In this document: positions 1 through 10,272 of the stretch, piece after piece
How the letters are laid out: each line of letters opens with the position of its first letter
How positions within the stretch are numbered: the stretch's first letter is position 1
NCBI GenBank assembly: GCA_017462455.1
Contig: JAFTRC010000058.1
Coordinates: 123 to 64,122, forward strand
Source: Bacilli bacterium
GTDB taxonomy: Bacteria > Bacillota_I > Bacilli_A > RF39 > UBA660
Direction of reading: 5' to 3'
DNA: 64,000 bases
Program-made: the position numbers and the translations under genes
Notes under the pieces: model-generated
The model's input: the letters and a program-made list of their open reading frames with translations, nothing else
Databases searched by the model: none
Told to the model about the DNA's origin: nothing

Positions 1-71
1 GAGCTAATCGCCCGAAAAAACGTTGACGTAATTAACTATACCACGCATAGTTTAATTTGTCAATATATTTT

Positions 72-431
72 TTAATGATTTTTTATTTTTTTTAAATATT
101 CTTCTATCCATATTGGTAATTTATATTCTAATGTTTTAAATCCTAATGAAGTTTCTCTTATTCTTTTTCGCCTAATAGGAATACTTTTTTTATATTCTAT
201 ATTTTTTATACTAAGTTTAAGATGTCCAAGTTCTTCATCAACATCTAATATTTCAACTAAAATTAAATCCCCTATTTTTACAAAATCATTTATATTCTTT
301 ACAAAGCCATGTGATATCTCTGAAATATGAATCAAGCCGCTATAATAATCATCACAGGAGACAAAAACACCGTATGATTCTATTCCAGTAACTGTACCAC
401 GTACAATTCTTCCTTTCTTAAATTTTGACAT
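72..431 (-). CDS. S1 RNA-binding domain protein (YabR / general-stress-protein-13-like)
   Basis: Track ORF 72..512 trimmed to the ATG at 431, which is preceded by GGTGG. The product MSKFKKGRIVRGTVTGIESYGVFV...GLIHISEIS is a typical S1/OB-fold signature. Confidence 0.75.
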   Translation of the reverse strand: MSKFKKGRIVRGTVTGIESYGVFVSCDDYYSGLIHISEISHGFVKNINDFVKIGDLILVEILDVDEELGHLKLSIKNIEYKKSIPIRRKRIRETSLGFKTLEYKLPIWIEEYLKKIKNH

Positions 432-522
432 ACTACCACCTGTTTGAATTATAACACAAAATAAGAAATAAAAAAAGTCTTTACAAAATATACTCATTAT
501 TATATAATACATTTTAGGTGAT

Positions 523-759
523 TTGATGAAAGAACAAATTGAAAAAATTCAAGAAATAATTGACAGATTAAGACCTTTTTTAATAAATGAAGGTGGAAAT
601 ATTGAATTTGTAAAATATGAAGCAAATATTGTTTATATCAAAATGTTAGGCGCATGTGCTAATTGTCAAATGCAAGACTTGACATTAAAAGACGGTATAG
701 AAGCAGCAATAATAAACGAAGTGCCAGAAGTTAAAGAAGTAATTAATATTTCTTCCTAA
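523..759 (+). CDS. NifU-like (Nfu/YutI-type) Fe-S cluster carrier domain protein
   Basis: 78 aa with RPFLxxxGGxIEFV and GACxxCxM motifs. The track start is TTG at 523; the ATG at 526 lies 5 nt after AGGTG and is the likelier start. Confidence 0.8.
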   Translation: MMKEQIEKIQEIIDRLRPFLINEGGNIEFVKYEANIVYIKMLGACANCQMQDLTLKDGIEAAIINEVPEVKEVINISS

Positions 760-1634
760 ATTTCTAACCACTCTATTTCTGGTATATTATATTTTTGCTT
801 TAAATATTTATAAATCATTTTTAAAAATGTTTCATAGTAAGCATTTTTTTTTATGTAATTTTGTATTTTATTTTGACTTACTTTTTCTTGAATTATTTTA
901 TCATATAAATCAAAATAATACGAAGGATATAAAAGACGAGCTATTAATAGCAAGCTCTCATTATAATCCAAATTTACTATATTTAACCATTTAAAAACTT
1001 CTTCAATTTTTATAGTACCATTGATATAACCACTTTTTAAAAATTCTCCAATATCCCTCGTTCTATTATCTATAACAACATTCAAAGGATCAAAAAGGCT
1101 ATCTATGTTGTCACTATAATTTATTCTTCGATGGCATATATACAATTTAATTTCATTTTTATCAATAAAATTAAGTAAATTTATCGCATTTTCACTTAAT
1201 CCGCTATAATAACTAAAACTTTCACTTAAAATTTTATACTTGCATCCTAGTTGGCTTATTTGGTATTCATAATAGTCCATTTTATTTTTCCATAAATTTT
1301 TCCAATCCAGGGCTTTGTTTTCATAAACTACTGTATCATAATCTAAAACATCTTGAAAAGTTATTTTACTATCAATACAAAAATGTTTTTTCAACAAAAT
1401 ATATGGTTTGCTTTCATAAAAAGTAATAACCGAATTTTCTCTATTAACAATCACTTCATGACAATATTTATTATTATTTATCAATATAGCATATATTTTT
1501 TGAAAATCTTTCACATTAGTTTCAAATGGTATAAATTCATATTTAGAATTATTAATTTCAAATAAAAAACGATCCTCAATTCTCTTAAATTCTTTTAATA
1601 TTAAGTTGTAATAATAATTAATTAAATTTTTCAT
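756..1634 (-). CDS. CotS/YutH-like spore-coat kinase-fold protein (tentative)
   Basis: 292-aa ORF with no TM segment. General resemblance to the CotS/YutH phosphotransferase-fold family, and it neighbours a yutI-like gene as in Bacillus. Functional call is weak. Confidence 0.4.
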   Translation of the reverse strand: MKNLINYYYNLILKEFKRIEDRFLFEINNSKYEFIPFETNVKDFQKIYAILINNNKYCHEVIVNRENSVITFYESKPYILLKKHFCIDSKITFQDVLDYDTVVYENKALDWKNLWKNKMDYYEYQISQLGCKYKILSESFSYYSGLSENAINLLNFIDKNEIKLYICHRRINYSDNIDSLFDPLNVVIDNRTRDIGEFLKSGYINGTIKIEEVFKWLNIVNLDYNESLLLIARLLYPSYYFDLYDKIIQEKVSQNKIQNYIKKNAYYETFLKMIYKYLKQKYNIPEIEWLEI

Positions 1635-1726
1635 ATTATTCCTCTATTAATTTTATGAAAAAAAAATACAATTAAAACAAAAATTTAATTGCATTTATAT
1701 TTAAATTGATTCTTTCATTAACTAAA

Positions 1727-2521
1727 TTAACCTATTAATGATTTTATATTTTCTAGTTTTTCAGTTAAAATTTTAATTTGCTCTTCAAGCTGTTTATTTT
1801 TTTCCTGTTCTTCGAAGAAACTAGCTCTATAATCAATTATGACATCATTGTTCTCTATCGTATTTATATTTTCTATATTTTGATCCTGTGTAGCAACATT
1901 TGAAATATTATCTGTACCATCCGCACCATCCAATATTCCATTCGTAATTTCTGAATTTAAATTAATATTATTATCTATACCAGTTGCTTCTAAAGATACA
2001 TCAGGAGCCTTCATATAATTTGAAGATTGATTTTCTTGCTCTGTTGGTAACGGTGATAAAATATTCAAATTAGAATTTACATTTTGAGTTTCATCGACCA
2101 CACCGACCACATTTTCTTCAATTGTTGTATTAAAGACCTGTTCAACAATATTTTTAGCTAATCTAAAGGTTTTTGAACTAATTATTTTAAGAGTGCTTAA
2201 CATGCTTTGTGGAAGATATTGTATTTCTTCACTTTGAGTACCATTTTTTTTGTCTTCTACTATTTTAGTTATAGAGCCTTGAACTTTTTTCCACTCATCA
2301 GAATCAGATATTTCCATACCAACCATATATCCTGTATCAATTGGGCCTGAAGGAGTATTTTTAATTTCTTTACCAACTTGAACTAAATTGAATACAACAT
2401 AACCCTTTTCATCCACTTCTTTTTCTGTATAAGCAAAAAAATACTTTGAATTGTACAAGTAAAAAACTCCATCTACTTCTTTTTCTATATTTTCATTAGT
2501 GATAATTTTAAATTTATCCAT
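1727..2521 (-). CDS. hypothetical protein with Asn/Gln-rich linker and C-terminal coiled coil
   Basis: Long ORF preceded by GGGTGAGAG. No family recognised by eye. Confidence 0.5.
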   Translation of the reverse strand: MDKFKIITNENIEKEVDGVFYLYNSKYFFAYTEKEVDEKGYVVFNLVQVGKEIKNTPSGPIDTGYMVGMEISDSDEWKKVQGSITKIVEDKKNGTQSEEIQYLPQSMLSTLKIISSKTFRLAKNIVEQVFNTTIEENVVGVVDETQNVNSNLNILSPLPTEQENQSSNYMKAPDVSLEATGIDNNINLNSEITNGILDGADGTDNISNVATQDQNIENINTIENNDVIIDYRASFFEEQEKNKQLEEQIKILTEKLENIKSLIG

Positions 2522-2575
2522 ACTCTCACCCTTTTATTCTAAAACAATTATAATCTATTATTGATAAAAAATCAA

Positions 2576-2605
2576 TAGAAAAAGATGTCAATAATAGACA
2601 TCTTT
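2576..2605 (-). terminator. intrinsic terminator of truA
   Basis: aaagatgtc/gacatcttt 9-bp stem overlapping the truA stop, followed by a T-run on the minus strand. Confidence 0.6.
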
Positions 2606-3328
2606 TAAATATAACCCACAGGCAGGCGCGCAAATTCCTGCTTTTGTCCTATCTTTCGCATTCAATATATCGATTATATCTTCACTCTTATGCTTGCCCT
2701 CACCAATTTCTATAAGCATTCCAACAATATTTCTAACCATATATCTCATAAAACCAGTTCCTAAAACAGATATTATTATTTGATTGACATTTTTTGTATC
2801 CCTATTTAAAGAAGTTTGTACTATAGTTCTGACATAATCATCTTTTTCTTCATCTACTTTGACAAAAGATCTAAAATCATGTGTCCCCTCCAAATACTTC
2901 AAAGCTCGCTCCATTTCTGGAATATCTAATTTTTTATTGTATTGAAAAACATAATCTTTTTCTATAGGATTATATGTTCCCATATTTATTTTATATATAT
3001 ATTCTTTAGCTTTTACATTAAATCTAGCATGGAATGAATCATCCACTTCACAAATTCCTCTAACATATATACTATCTGGTATTAAACTATTTAAGGCTTG
3101 CTTAAGCTTCACGCAAGGTATGTTACTTTCCATATCAAAATGAGCTCTTTGATTATAAGCGTGTACTCCTGCATCAGTTCTCCCAGAAGCTGATATTATA
3201 ACAGCTTTTCCACCATTTATTTGTTTCAATGCTTTTTCTATCTCACCCTGAACAGTTTTTACCCTAGGCTGCTTTTGGTATCCATTATATTTGGAACCAT
3301 CATATGAAAAAGCCATAAAATATCTCAT
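2588..3328 (-). CDS. truA: tRNA pseudouridine(38-40) synthase TruA
   Basis: YDGSKYNGYQKQ and GRTDAGVHA catalytic motif. Sits immediately downstream of ecfT, as is usual in Firmicutes. Confidence 0.9.
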   Translation of the reverse strand: MRYFMAFSYDGSKYNGYQKQPRVKTVQGEIEKALKQINGGKAVIISASGRTDAGVHAYNQRAHFDMESNIPCVKLKQALNSLIPDSIYVRGICEVDDSFHARFNVKAKEYIYKINMGTYNPIEKDYVFQYNKKLDIPEMERALKYLEGTHDFRSFVKVDEEKDDYVRTIVQTSLNRDTKNVNQIIISVLGTGFMRYMVRNIVGMLIEIGEGKHKSEDIIDILNAKDRTKAGICAPACGLYLKDVYY

Positions 3329-3999
3329 AAAATCACTTCCTTAAATATTGCAACAATGAATAAAATAGAAAAACATAAAACTAATATTTTATATGCAAAG
3401 CCAACTTTCTCTTTTTTTACTTTATAAAAACATAAATCCAATCCATTTTCTATTTCCTTTATTTGATTGACTGCATAAAAAATTTTAGGCAATAAATAAT
3501 ATTTTATATTTATTTTTCTTTTAGTTCTTACAAATTGTAATTTTTTGATTTTATTGCCACTAGATGTTAATAAAATCAAAAAAGAGATATAATACGCTAT
3601 ATAATATGCTTTCTTATCCACATCTGATACAAATTTATTCAAAGGATACATAATGGTATAAATCCCATCTGACATCATATTTAAACTTACACCTGATGCG
3701 AAATTCAACAATAAAATTATTATTAATATAAGTTTATAAATAAAATATAACGAACCTAACACATCACTAAAAATAATTATATATATAATAATCAAAAATA
3801 ACAACCAAAAAAGAGATTTTTTTAATGCCTCTACATATAATTTTACATTTCTATCACTTAAAACCATAACAATTATAGTAAAAATAGTTACAAACAGAAT
3901 TAAAAATATAGACTTAGCAATCAATAACGTACAAATCAGAAAAAACAATATTAATATTCTAACGGAAACCGGTGAATTATTCATTAATTTTTGAAGCAT
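3325..3999 (-). CDS. ecfT: EcfT-like transmembrane component (short, divergent)
   Basis: Polytopic membrane ORF in the conserved ecfA-ecfA'-ecfT-truA position. 4-nt overlap with truA. The coupling-helix Ala-Arg-Gly motifs are not recognisable. Confidence 0.55.
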   Translation of the reverse strand: MLQKLMNNSPVSVRILILFFLICTLLIAKSIFLILFVTIFTIIVMVLSDRNVKLYVEALKKSLFWLLFLIIIYIIIFSDVLGSLYFIYKLILIIILLLNFASGVSLNMMSDGIYTIMYPLNKFVSDVDKKAYYIAYYISFLILLTSSGNKIKKLQFVRTKRKINIKYYLLPKIFYAVNQIKEIENGLDLCFYKVKKEKVGFAYKILVLCFSILFIVAIFKEVIL

Positions 4000-4789
4000 T
4001 TCTATATATATCCTTTAACAAATCATTCACGTTATCTCGGTTGTTTAATTTTATTTTTTTCTTATTTAATACGCTATTTCTAAACTTTACAACAAATGGC
4101 ATACTCATTTGAAATCTATACATTAAATCTTGGTTACTAAAAAAATTGTATTTATCTTGTTCAAGTTTTATTTCTCTATCAGACATTGTTAGTACTCTAT
4201 CTGATACTTGCAAAATAAAATCTGTATCTTGAGATGTAATAATAAAAAGTTTGTCACTTCTCTTTTCTTTTCTCAAATATTTAACTAGATTGGACTTAGT
4301 TTTTGAATCAAAATAATCACACAAATTACTTAATATAGTAATCTTTGTATCCTTCAATAAAATAGAAATTAAACAAATCTTTTTTTTCTCACTATCACTT
4401 AATTCTGTATAATTTTTAGATAATATTTTCTCTTCTAAATTAAATAATTCCAATAAATCATATAATTTCTTATCATTAACCTTATTCAATCCATATTTTA
4501 TATCTTCTAATACGTTAATGTTAAATAACATACTATTACTATCTGGAATTAAATAAGCAATACATTCTCTTATTTTCGCAAGTTTATTATCATTAACCTT
4601 ATTATTTATCGTTTTTCTATTGACAACTATCTCACCTTCTGTAGGAATTTTAAAACCATATATTAAATCTAAAAAATCATTTACCATTTTCTCATCAGCA
4701 CCTATAACAGATACAACTTCATTTGAATGTAAATCTAAGTTTAATTTATCTATATTTCCATAACATACATTTTTAAATTTTATTCCCAT
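3977..4789 (-). CDS. EcfA2-like ABC ATPase homologue with degenerate nucleotide-binding motifs
   Basis: ABC fold and EcfA-type C-terminal region. The Walker A position reads VIGADEKMV, the signature position reads LSDSEKK and the Walker B position reads ILSNLCDYFD. Confidence 0.6.
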   Translation of the reverse strand: MGIKFKNVCYGNIDKLNLDLHSNEVVSVIGADEKMVNDFLDLIYGFKIPTEGEIVVNRKTINNKVNDNKLAKIRECIAYLIPDSNSMLFNINVLEDIKYGLNKVNDKKLYDLLELFNLEEKILSKNYTELSDSEKKKICLISILLKDTKITILSNLCDYFDSKTKSNLVKYLRKEKRSDKLFIITSQDTDFILQVSDRVLTMSDREIKLEQDKYNFFSNQDLMYRFQMSMPFVVKFRNSVLNKKKIKLNNRDNVNDLLKDIYRNASKINE

Positions 4790-5565
4790 ATTTCATCCAC
4801 CATTTTATCTATTTCTAAAGTTATTTCGTTAATTAGACCATATGCTTTTAATTTGTGAGAAAGGTCTGCAACCATAGGTAATCTAAGACCATTTTTAACA
4901 AGTTTTCTTTCGTCATTTATTACATCGTTTAAAGGTGCTTGTTCTACTATTTTTCCTTTTTTCATAATTATTACGTTATCCGCATATAAAATATTTTTTT
5001 CATTACTTGTCATAAAAATTATAGTTCTATTTTTGAGTTTTTTTAAATATCTAAATATTTTTTCTTTATAAAAGCTATTTACGCTATCAAAAATATCATC
5101 AATAATTATAACCGTTGGTTCATGAATTATTCCTCTTAAAAAGTAGGACAATTTCTTCTCTGAATAATTTAACTCATTTACTTTTTTTACAAGTAAAAAT
5201 CCTAAATCAAGTTTATCACTTATTGAATAGATTTTCTTTTTTGATTCAATTTCATCATAACCAATATTCATTAGTGAATATATTAAGTTGTCCAACACAG
5301 TTCCACCTAATACAAAAGGTATATCAATGACGAATCCTAAATCTGATTTAACAGAAATATCGATTTTTTTATTAGATATTATAAAATTATTTAAAAATAT
5401 ATTACCGTTTCCTTCTAAAATTCCAGACAAACATTTTATCAATGTCGTTTTCCCACAACTATTGGGGCCAACTAAAACATTAAAAGAGTTTTTCTCTACT
5501 TCGAAAGAAACATTATTTAGTATATCCTTGTAACTTAAATTTTCAACTCGTAAAACAGCGCTCAT
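4780..5565 (-). CDS. EcfA1-like ABC ATPase (Walker A intact, other motifs divergent)
   Basis: Walker A is GPNSCGKTT. The signature position reads LNYSEKK and Walker B reads VIIIDDIFD. No H-loop His is recognisable (FMTSNEKN). Confidence 0.7.
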   Translation of the reverse strand: MSAVLRVENLSYKDILNNVSFEVEKNSFNVLVGPNSCGKTTLIKCLSGILEGNGNIFLNNFIISNKKIDISVKSDLGFVIDIPFVLGGTVLDNLIYSLMNIGYDEIESKKKIYSISDKLDLGFLLVKKVNELNYSEKKLSYFLRGIIHEPTVIIIDDIFDSVNSFYKEKIFRYLKKLKNRTIIFMTSNEKNILYADNVIIMKKGKIVEQAPLNDVINDERKLVKNGLRLPMVADLSHKLKAYGLINEITLEIDKMVDEIWE

Positions 5566-5651
5566 GATATCACCTTAGTTAAATATTATAGTATAGTTTT
5601 AATTCAAAGTAAAGAAAAATAATATTTTTTTTATTTTTGTAAATAATAACC

Positions 5652-7133
5652 ATGGGTGAGTTTATGAAACTTGATAATAGTATAGAAAAAATATTTGAAA
5701 AAATTAATGAAATGAATGGTAAAAGCAGTGATATTGTTACCAGAGTTATAGAAAAAAATCATAATAGAATTGGTTATGTTTATCTAGAGAGTGTTAGCAG
5801 TGACGATAAAATAAGTAACTTCCTTAATAAAGCTATTGTTAATATGGATAAAAAGAAGCCTTTTAATTCTTTTTACAACTTATTAAAAAACAATATTTTC
5901 AATAGTAAAGTTAAATCTTGTGAAACTTATGAGGATATTTTTTATCACTTAGCTAGTGGCTTTACTGCTATTTTTATAGACGATTCTGACAAAGCCATAG
6001 TTGTTGAAACTAGAATGATTCTTGATAGAGGTGTTACTGAATCAACCAGCGAGACTATTGTAAGAGGGCCTAAAGATAGTTTTACAGAAAATCATAATAA
6101 AAATATAGGACTTATTAGAAAAAGGATTAAGGATCACAATCTTTGGTTTGAAGAAGTAAAACTAGGTAGAAGGACAAAAACAAAAGTGAGTGTTGCTTAC
6201 TTAAAAGATATTGTACCAAATTATAAAGTTAAAAAAATACTTGATGATTTAAAACAAATCGATATAGATGCAGTAATCGACACCGGATACATTAGAGAAT
6301 TATTAGAGAAAAATCAAAAATCACTATTTCCTAAAGTCATTAGTACAGAAAGACCAGACTTAACTTGTACTTCTCTACTTAATGGTAAAATAGTTATTTT
6401 AGTAGAAAATTCTCCTTTTGTTATCATCCTTCCTGCTGTTTTAACTGATTTTTTCCATTCACCAGAAGATAATTATCAAAAACCATTTAATGTATCTTTT
6501 TCAAGAATTGTAAGAGCAATTTGTTTCTTTTTAGCACTCTTCACACCCGCGCTTTATATCGCACTTATGACGTTTAACCAGGAAATTATTCCGGATCAAC
6601 TTTTAATATCAGTAGCTACCCAAAGAGATGGAGTTCCGTTTCCAACTGCAATTGAAGTCTTAATCTTTGTTTTAACCTTTGAAATTTTAAGAGAAGCAGA
6701 TATACATGCGCCATCTTTTTCTGGAGGTGCGATGAATATTGTAGGCGCACTTATCTTAGGGGATGCGGCAGTTGCTGCTGGTATTGTTTCTCCAATAGTA
6801 GTTATTGTAGTAGCTATAACTTCTATATGCGAACTTGTCTTCTATGATGTGGATGTTATTGATGCAATAAGAGAATGGAGACTTTTATTTATTTTAGCGG
6901 CTACTTTTATGGGGCTAATTGGATTTGTCGCAATGTTCATTATATTTGTCGCAAAACTATCTAGTATGGAATGTTTAGGTACACCTTACCTAACTCCTTT
7001 TAGTCCTTTAAATATTAGAAGCTTAAAAGATAGTTTAATAAGAGTATCAAGAAAAAATTTAAAAGAAAGACCTCAATATTTGACAAAAAACTTAAAAAGA
7101 TTGGATGATAATTATGAAGAAAGTAATTCTTAG
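5652..7133 (+). CDS. spore germination protein, GerA-family A subunit
   Basis: 493 aa with a GerA-family soluble N-domain plus a C-terminal membrane domain (VRGPKDSFTE, PFVIILPAVL). First gene of an A-C-B operon. An alternative start exists at 5664. Confidence 0.85.
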   Translation: MGEFMKLDNSIEKIFEKINEMNGKSSDIVTRVIEKNHNRIGYVYLESVSSDDKISNFLNKAIVNMDKKKPFNSFYNLLKNNIFNSKVKSCETYEDIFYHLASGFTAIFIDDSDKAIVVETRMILDRGVTESTSETIVRGPKDSFTENHNKNIGLIRKRIKDHNLWFEEVKLGRRTKTKVSVAYLKDIVPNYKVKKILDDLKQIDIDAVIDTGYIRELLEKNQKSLFPKVISTERPDLTCTSLLNGKIVILVENSPFVIILPAVLTDFFHSPEDNYQKPFNVSFSRIVRAICFFLALFTPALYIALMTFNQEIIPDQLLISVATQRDGVPFPTAIEVLIFVLTFEILREADIHAPSFSGGAMNIVGALILGDAAVAAGIVSPIVVIVVAITSICELVFYDVDVIDAIREWRLLFILAATFMGLIGFVAMFIIFVAKLSSMECLGTPYLTPFSPLNIRSLKDSLIRVSRKNLKERPQYLTKNLKRLDDNYEESNS

Positions 7134-8292
7134 TTTAATTATATTATTTTGTTTATCTGGGTGTTGGAACTATAAAGAATTAAATGATTATTCTATAGTT
7201 TCTGGTGTTTCTATAGATAAAGTTGGTGATGAATATGAGGCAAGTGTTTTAATTTCTAATTCTCCAAAAAATAGTTCGGATAGTACAAATTCTTCTGAAT
7301 CACAAGTAGTTGTATATAGCGGAAAGGGTGACTCTGTTTTCAGCGCACTTAAACAAATTGGTTTAATATCTCCAAAGGAATTATATTTTGGATCGTTCTC
7401 TGTTCTAGTATTATCAGAAGAAGTTGCCAAGGATGGTGTTAACAATGTTGTTGATTTCTTTGTTAGATATCCGAGTGCTAGAAAAAATTTCTATGTTGTT
7501 TTATCCAAAGATACAAAAGCAAAGGATACTTTAAAAATAATGACTCCCTTATCAGCATTCCCATCGCAAAAAATTACTGATAATGTTAAATCCACTACAG
7601 AACTTCAAGGGATAATATCTAGTATAAATTTCAATGATTTACTTTCTATTGTTTTAAGTGATGGTGTTGAAGCAACTATAAATTGTATAGAAGTTGAAGG
7701 TGATAAAGAGGAAGGCTCAAGCGAAGAAAATACAAAATCAAGTGAGCCAAAAGCTTATACCAAACTAGGCAATCTTGGAATATTTAAAGGTGATAAATTA
7801 GTCGATTGGGCTAATCGTGATGAAAGTCTCGGCATAAATATAATAAATGGTAAAATCAAAGAAATGTTTTTAGACTTAGAATATGAAGATGGATACGTCG
7901 TAATTGACTCTACTAGTTTTTCTTCAGAAGTGAGTGTAGAACTTAAAAATAATAAGCCTATTGTTAATATAAATTTATCAGGAGAAGCAAGAATTATAGA
8001 AGTTAAAGGTGAAGTAGATTTAAATGATTCTGATGTAATTGAAGAATTACAGAAAAAAGCTAATAAAAAGATTAAAAAAAGAGTTAATCAAGCAATAGAT
8101 TTAGCAATAGAAAATGAAACAGATATTTTTGGATTTGGTTTAAAATTTTATCAAGAATATCCTGAATATTTTAAATCTGTAAAAAAAGAATGGAATAGTA
8201 ATTTAGATGAAATTGAAATAAAAATTACAAGTGACTTGATGCTTAAGAATAAAGTGTCTTCAAAAAACAGTTTGGAGGAAATACATGATTAA
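7114..8292 (+). CDS. spore germination lipoprotein, Ger(x)C family
   Basis: Lipobox LSGC at the N-terminus (MKKVILSLIILFCLSGC). Middle gene of the ger operon. Track ORF trimmed to the ATG at 7114. Confidence 0.8.
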   Translation: MKKVILSLIILFCLSGCWNYKELNDYSIVSGVSIDKVGDEYEASVLISNSPKNSSDSTNSSESQVVVYSGKGDSVFSALKQIGLISPKELYFGSFSVLVLSEEVAKDGVNNVVDFFVRYPSARKNFYVVLSKDTKAKDTLKIMTPLSAFPSQKITDNVKSTTELQGIISSINFNDLLSIVLSDGVEATINCIEVEGDKEEGSSEENTKSSEPKAYTKLGNLGIFKGDKLVDWANRDESLGINIINGKIKEMFLDLEYEDGYVVIDSTSFSSEVSVELKNNKPIVNINLSGEARIIEVKGEVDLNDSDVIEELQKKANKKIKKRVNQAIDLAIENETDIFGFGLKFYQEYPEYFKSVKKEWNSNLDEIEIKITSDLMLKNKVSSKNSLEEIHD

Positions 8293-9379
8293 GAGAAAAT
8301 TAACAAATTTTGAGTTTGCTACATTAAATTATTTTGTTACTAGAGCATTCTTAGTAGGAATGACATTCAACGCCCTTATAAACGTAACAAAAAGAGATTC
8401 TTGGATAATTCCTCTTATAAGTATTCCACTTGATATTTTGTTTATATATATAATAAATAAAATAATAGATTACGAACCTGATTTAAATCTTCCTCAAAAG
8501 CTTTTAAAGCTTTTTGGTAAAAAAATTGGGACAATAATTATAGGACTAATTTGTATTTTTATGCTTGCTATGGGTATTTTAAACTATTTGACTTTAAACA
8601 ACTTTATACAAAGTCAATTTTTAACAAGAACACCTTTATTAGCAGTGGCAATTGTCCTAATAATAACAATTTTTTACATATTAAATAAAGGTATAAATGT
8701 AATAGCTAGAACAAGTAATATCTTATTTTTTATAAATGCTTTCTTATTTGTAATCAGCTTCACAGGACTTATATCATCATTTGATATCGCTAATTTAAAG
8801 CCTATATTTATGTCATCTACAAATGACTACTTAGCAGGAATAAATAGTTATTATGCTTTTCATATAGCTCCTATGTTTCTGCTTACAATGATTCCTAAAA
8901 ATAAAGTTAACAATCCAAAAATTAAAAGTACATTAATAATTTCTACAATTATTTCATCAATCACTATGTTCTGTGTCATTTTCGCCACACTTGCTACTTT
9001 TGGATATGAATTAACTGCTCTTTATGAATATCCAGAATTTCACGTTTTAAAGCAAGCAACAATAGTTGGTGCAACTTCTAGAATAGAAAGTATTTTAGTA
9101 ATTCAATTAATTTTTGATATATTTATATACTGTACACTTATACTTTATTTTATTGGAAACAGTATTAAAGAAATAACTAAATTTAAAAAGAAAAATGTAA
9201 TTTATTTTGTACTTTGTATATTATTGCTTGTTGGTACAGTTTATGCTGCTAAATACAATATTTATGTAGATAATCTAACTAAAAAAATCATTCCAATAAT
9301 TTCTACAATATTTACTATTGTTACTACACTCATTATATATTGTAAAGTAAAATTTAATAAACTACTAAAAAAGAAATAG
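8285..9379 (+). CDS. spore germination protein, GerB-type (APC-superfamily permease) subunit
   Basis: Roughly 10-TM ORF. Start preceded by GGAGG and overlaps the gerC stop. Confidence 0.8.
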   Translation: MIKRKLTNFEFATLNYFVTRAFLVGMTFNALINVTKRDSWIIPLISIPLDILFIYIINKIIDYEPDLNLPQKLLKLFGKKIGTIIIGLICIFMLAMGILNYLTLNNFIQSQFLTRTPLLAVAIVLIITIFYILNKGINVIARTSNILFFINAFLFVISFTGLISSFDIANLKPIFMSSTNDYLAGINSYYAFHIAPMFLLTMIPKNKVNNPKIKSTLIISTIISSITMFCVIFATLATFGYELTALYEYPEFHVLKQATIVGATSRIESILVIQLIFDIFIYCTLILYFIGNSIKEITKFKKKNVIYFVLCILLLVGTVYAAKYNIYVDNLTKKIIPIISTIFTIVTTLIIYCKVKFNKLLKKK

Positions 9380-9393
9380 CCAAAACTATTTCT

Positions 9394-10170
9394 TTACTTG
9401 TTTAATAAGAAAAATGCAATTACTCCTACAAATAACACAATAAGTACTACTAATAATACTATTATGAATTTGTTACTTTTCTTTATATTATGATTAATAT
9501 TTTTTAATTCTTCAAAGTCTCTTTGAGTAAATCCTAAACTTGAAGTATAGAAAGATTTATCTAACTCCATAGTATTTTCTTCTACTTTTTTTTGTTTTTC
9601 TTCTTCCATTATTTTCTTTATAGAAGCAGCATCTCCAACCATAGTATCAGACTTTAATTCATCTAATAAGCCTACATCATCGCTTTCTTTAAGTCTATTT
9701 AACTCTTTGTTACTAACAATAGTATTTATTAACTCTTTTAATTCTGCTTCTTCTTTTTCTATATCAAATTTCTTTTCTTTTCTACTTAAGCTTTTTAAAT
9801 CTTTATATTGATCTTCTCTTAAACTACGATGTCTTTCAGACTCATTTGATTCTTTTTTTACTTTTGATAATATGTCATTTATATCATAGTTTCTAACTTC
9901 TTCAGGTTCTTCTTCAATTACTTCTATTTCATGTTTTTCTTCCTCAAGAATACTTCTTAACTGTTTTTGTTTCTTATAATTTTCCCTATTCTTAAGCATT
10001 TCTTTTACTTTAGAAATATCTATTTCGTTAGTCTTTTCTATAGTAGCCACACCTTCAATATTTGTATAATTATCTAAATCTTCTATTTGTTTATACAAAC
10101 TTTTATTTTTTTTACTACGTCCAGATTCTACTAATTCATTTTTATAATAACGATCCATTCTACTAGACAT
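9394..10170 (-). CDS. hypothetical charged coiled-coil protein with C-terminal TM anchor
   Basis: 258-aa ORF rich in Lys/Glu, with a single C-terminal hydrophobic helix (FIIVLLVVLIVLFVGVIAFFLL). Confidence 0.5.
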   Translation of the reverse strand: MSSRMDRYYKNELVESGRSKKNKSLYKQIEDLDNYTNIEGVATIEKTNEIDISKVKEMLKNRENYKKQKQLRSILEEEKHEIEVIEEEPEEVRNYDINDILSKVKKESNESERHRSLREDQYKDLKSLSRKEKKFDIEKEEAELKELINTIVSNKELNRLKESDDVGLLDELKSDTMVGDAASIKKIMEEEKQKKVEENTMELDKSFYTSSLGFTQRDFEELKNINHNIKKSNKFIIVLLVVLIVLFVGVIAFFLLNK

Positions 10171-10272
10171 ATTATCACCCTATCAATAATATACCACACT
10201 TTTGAAAATAATTGAATATTTTCCTTGCTTTTTTAATATAATTTATTTATAATTTAGTTATAGGAGGAAGTT

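Noticed and set aside
1-71. Window-edge sequence gagctaatcgcccgaaaaaacgttgacg..., slightly GC-richer, with a TTGACG box.
   Set aside because: It is too short and is truncated by the window edge. I could fold no tRNA-like or other recognisable structure from it.
7188-7445. 85-aa minus-strand ORF inside the gerC-like gene. Similar antisense ORFs lie at 1353..1565, 5115..5533, 11857..12150, 13248..13580, 51268..52278, 54843..55163, 56055..56312 and 57892..58284.
   Set aside because: All are antisense to well-supported genes, lack an SD and have biased composition. They are treated as non-coding.
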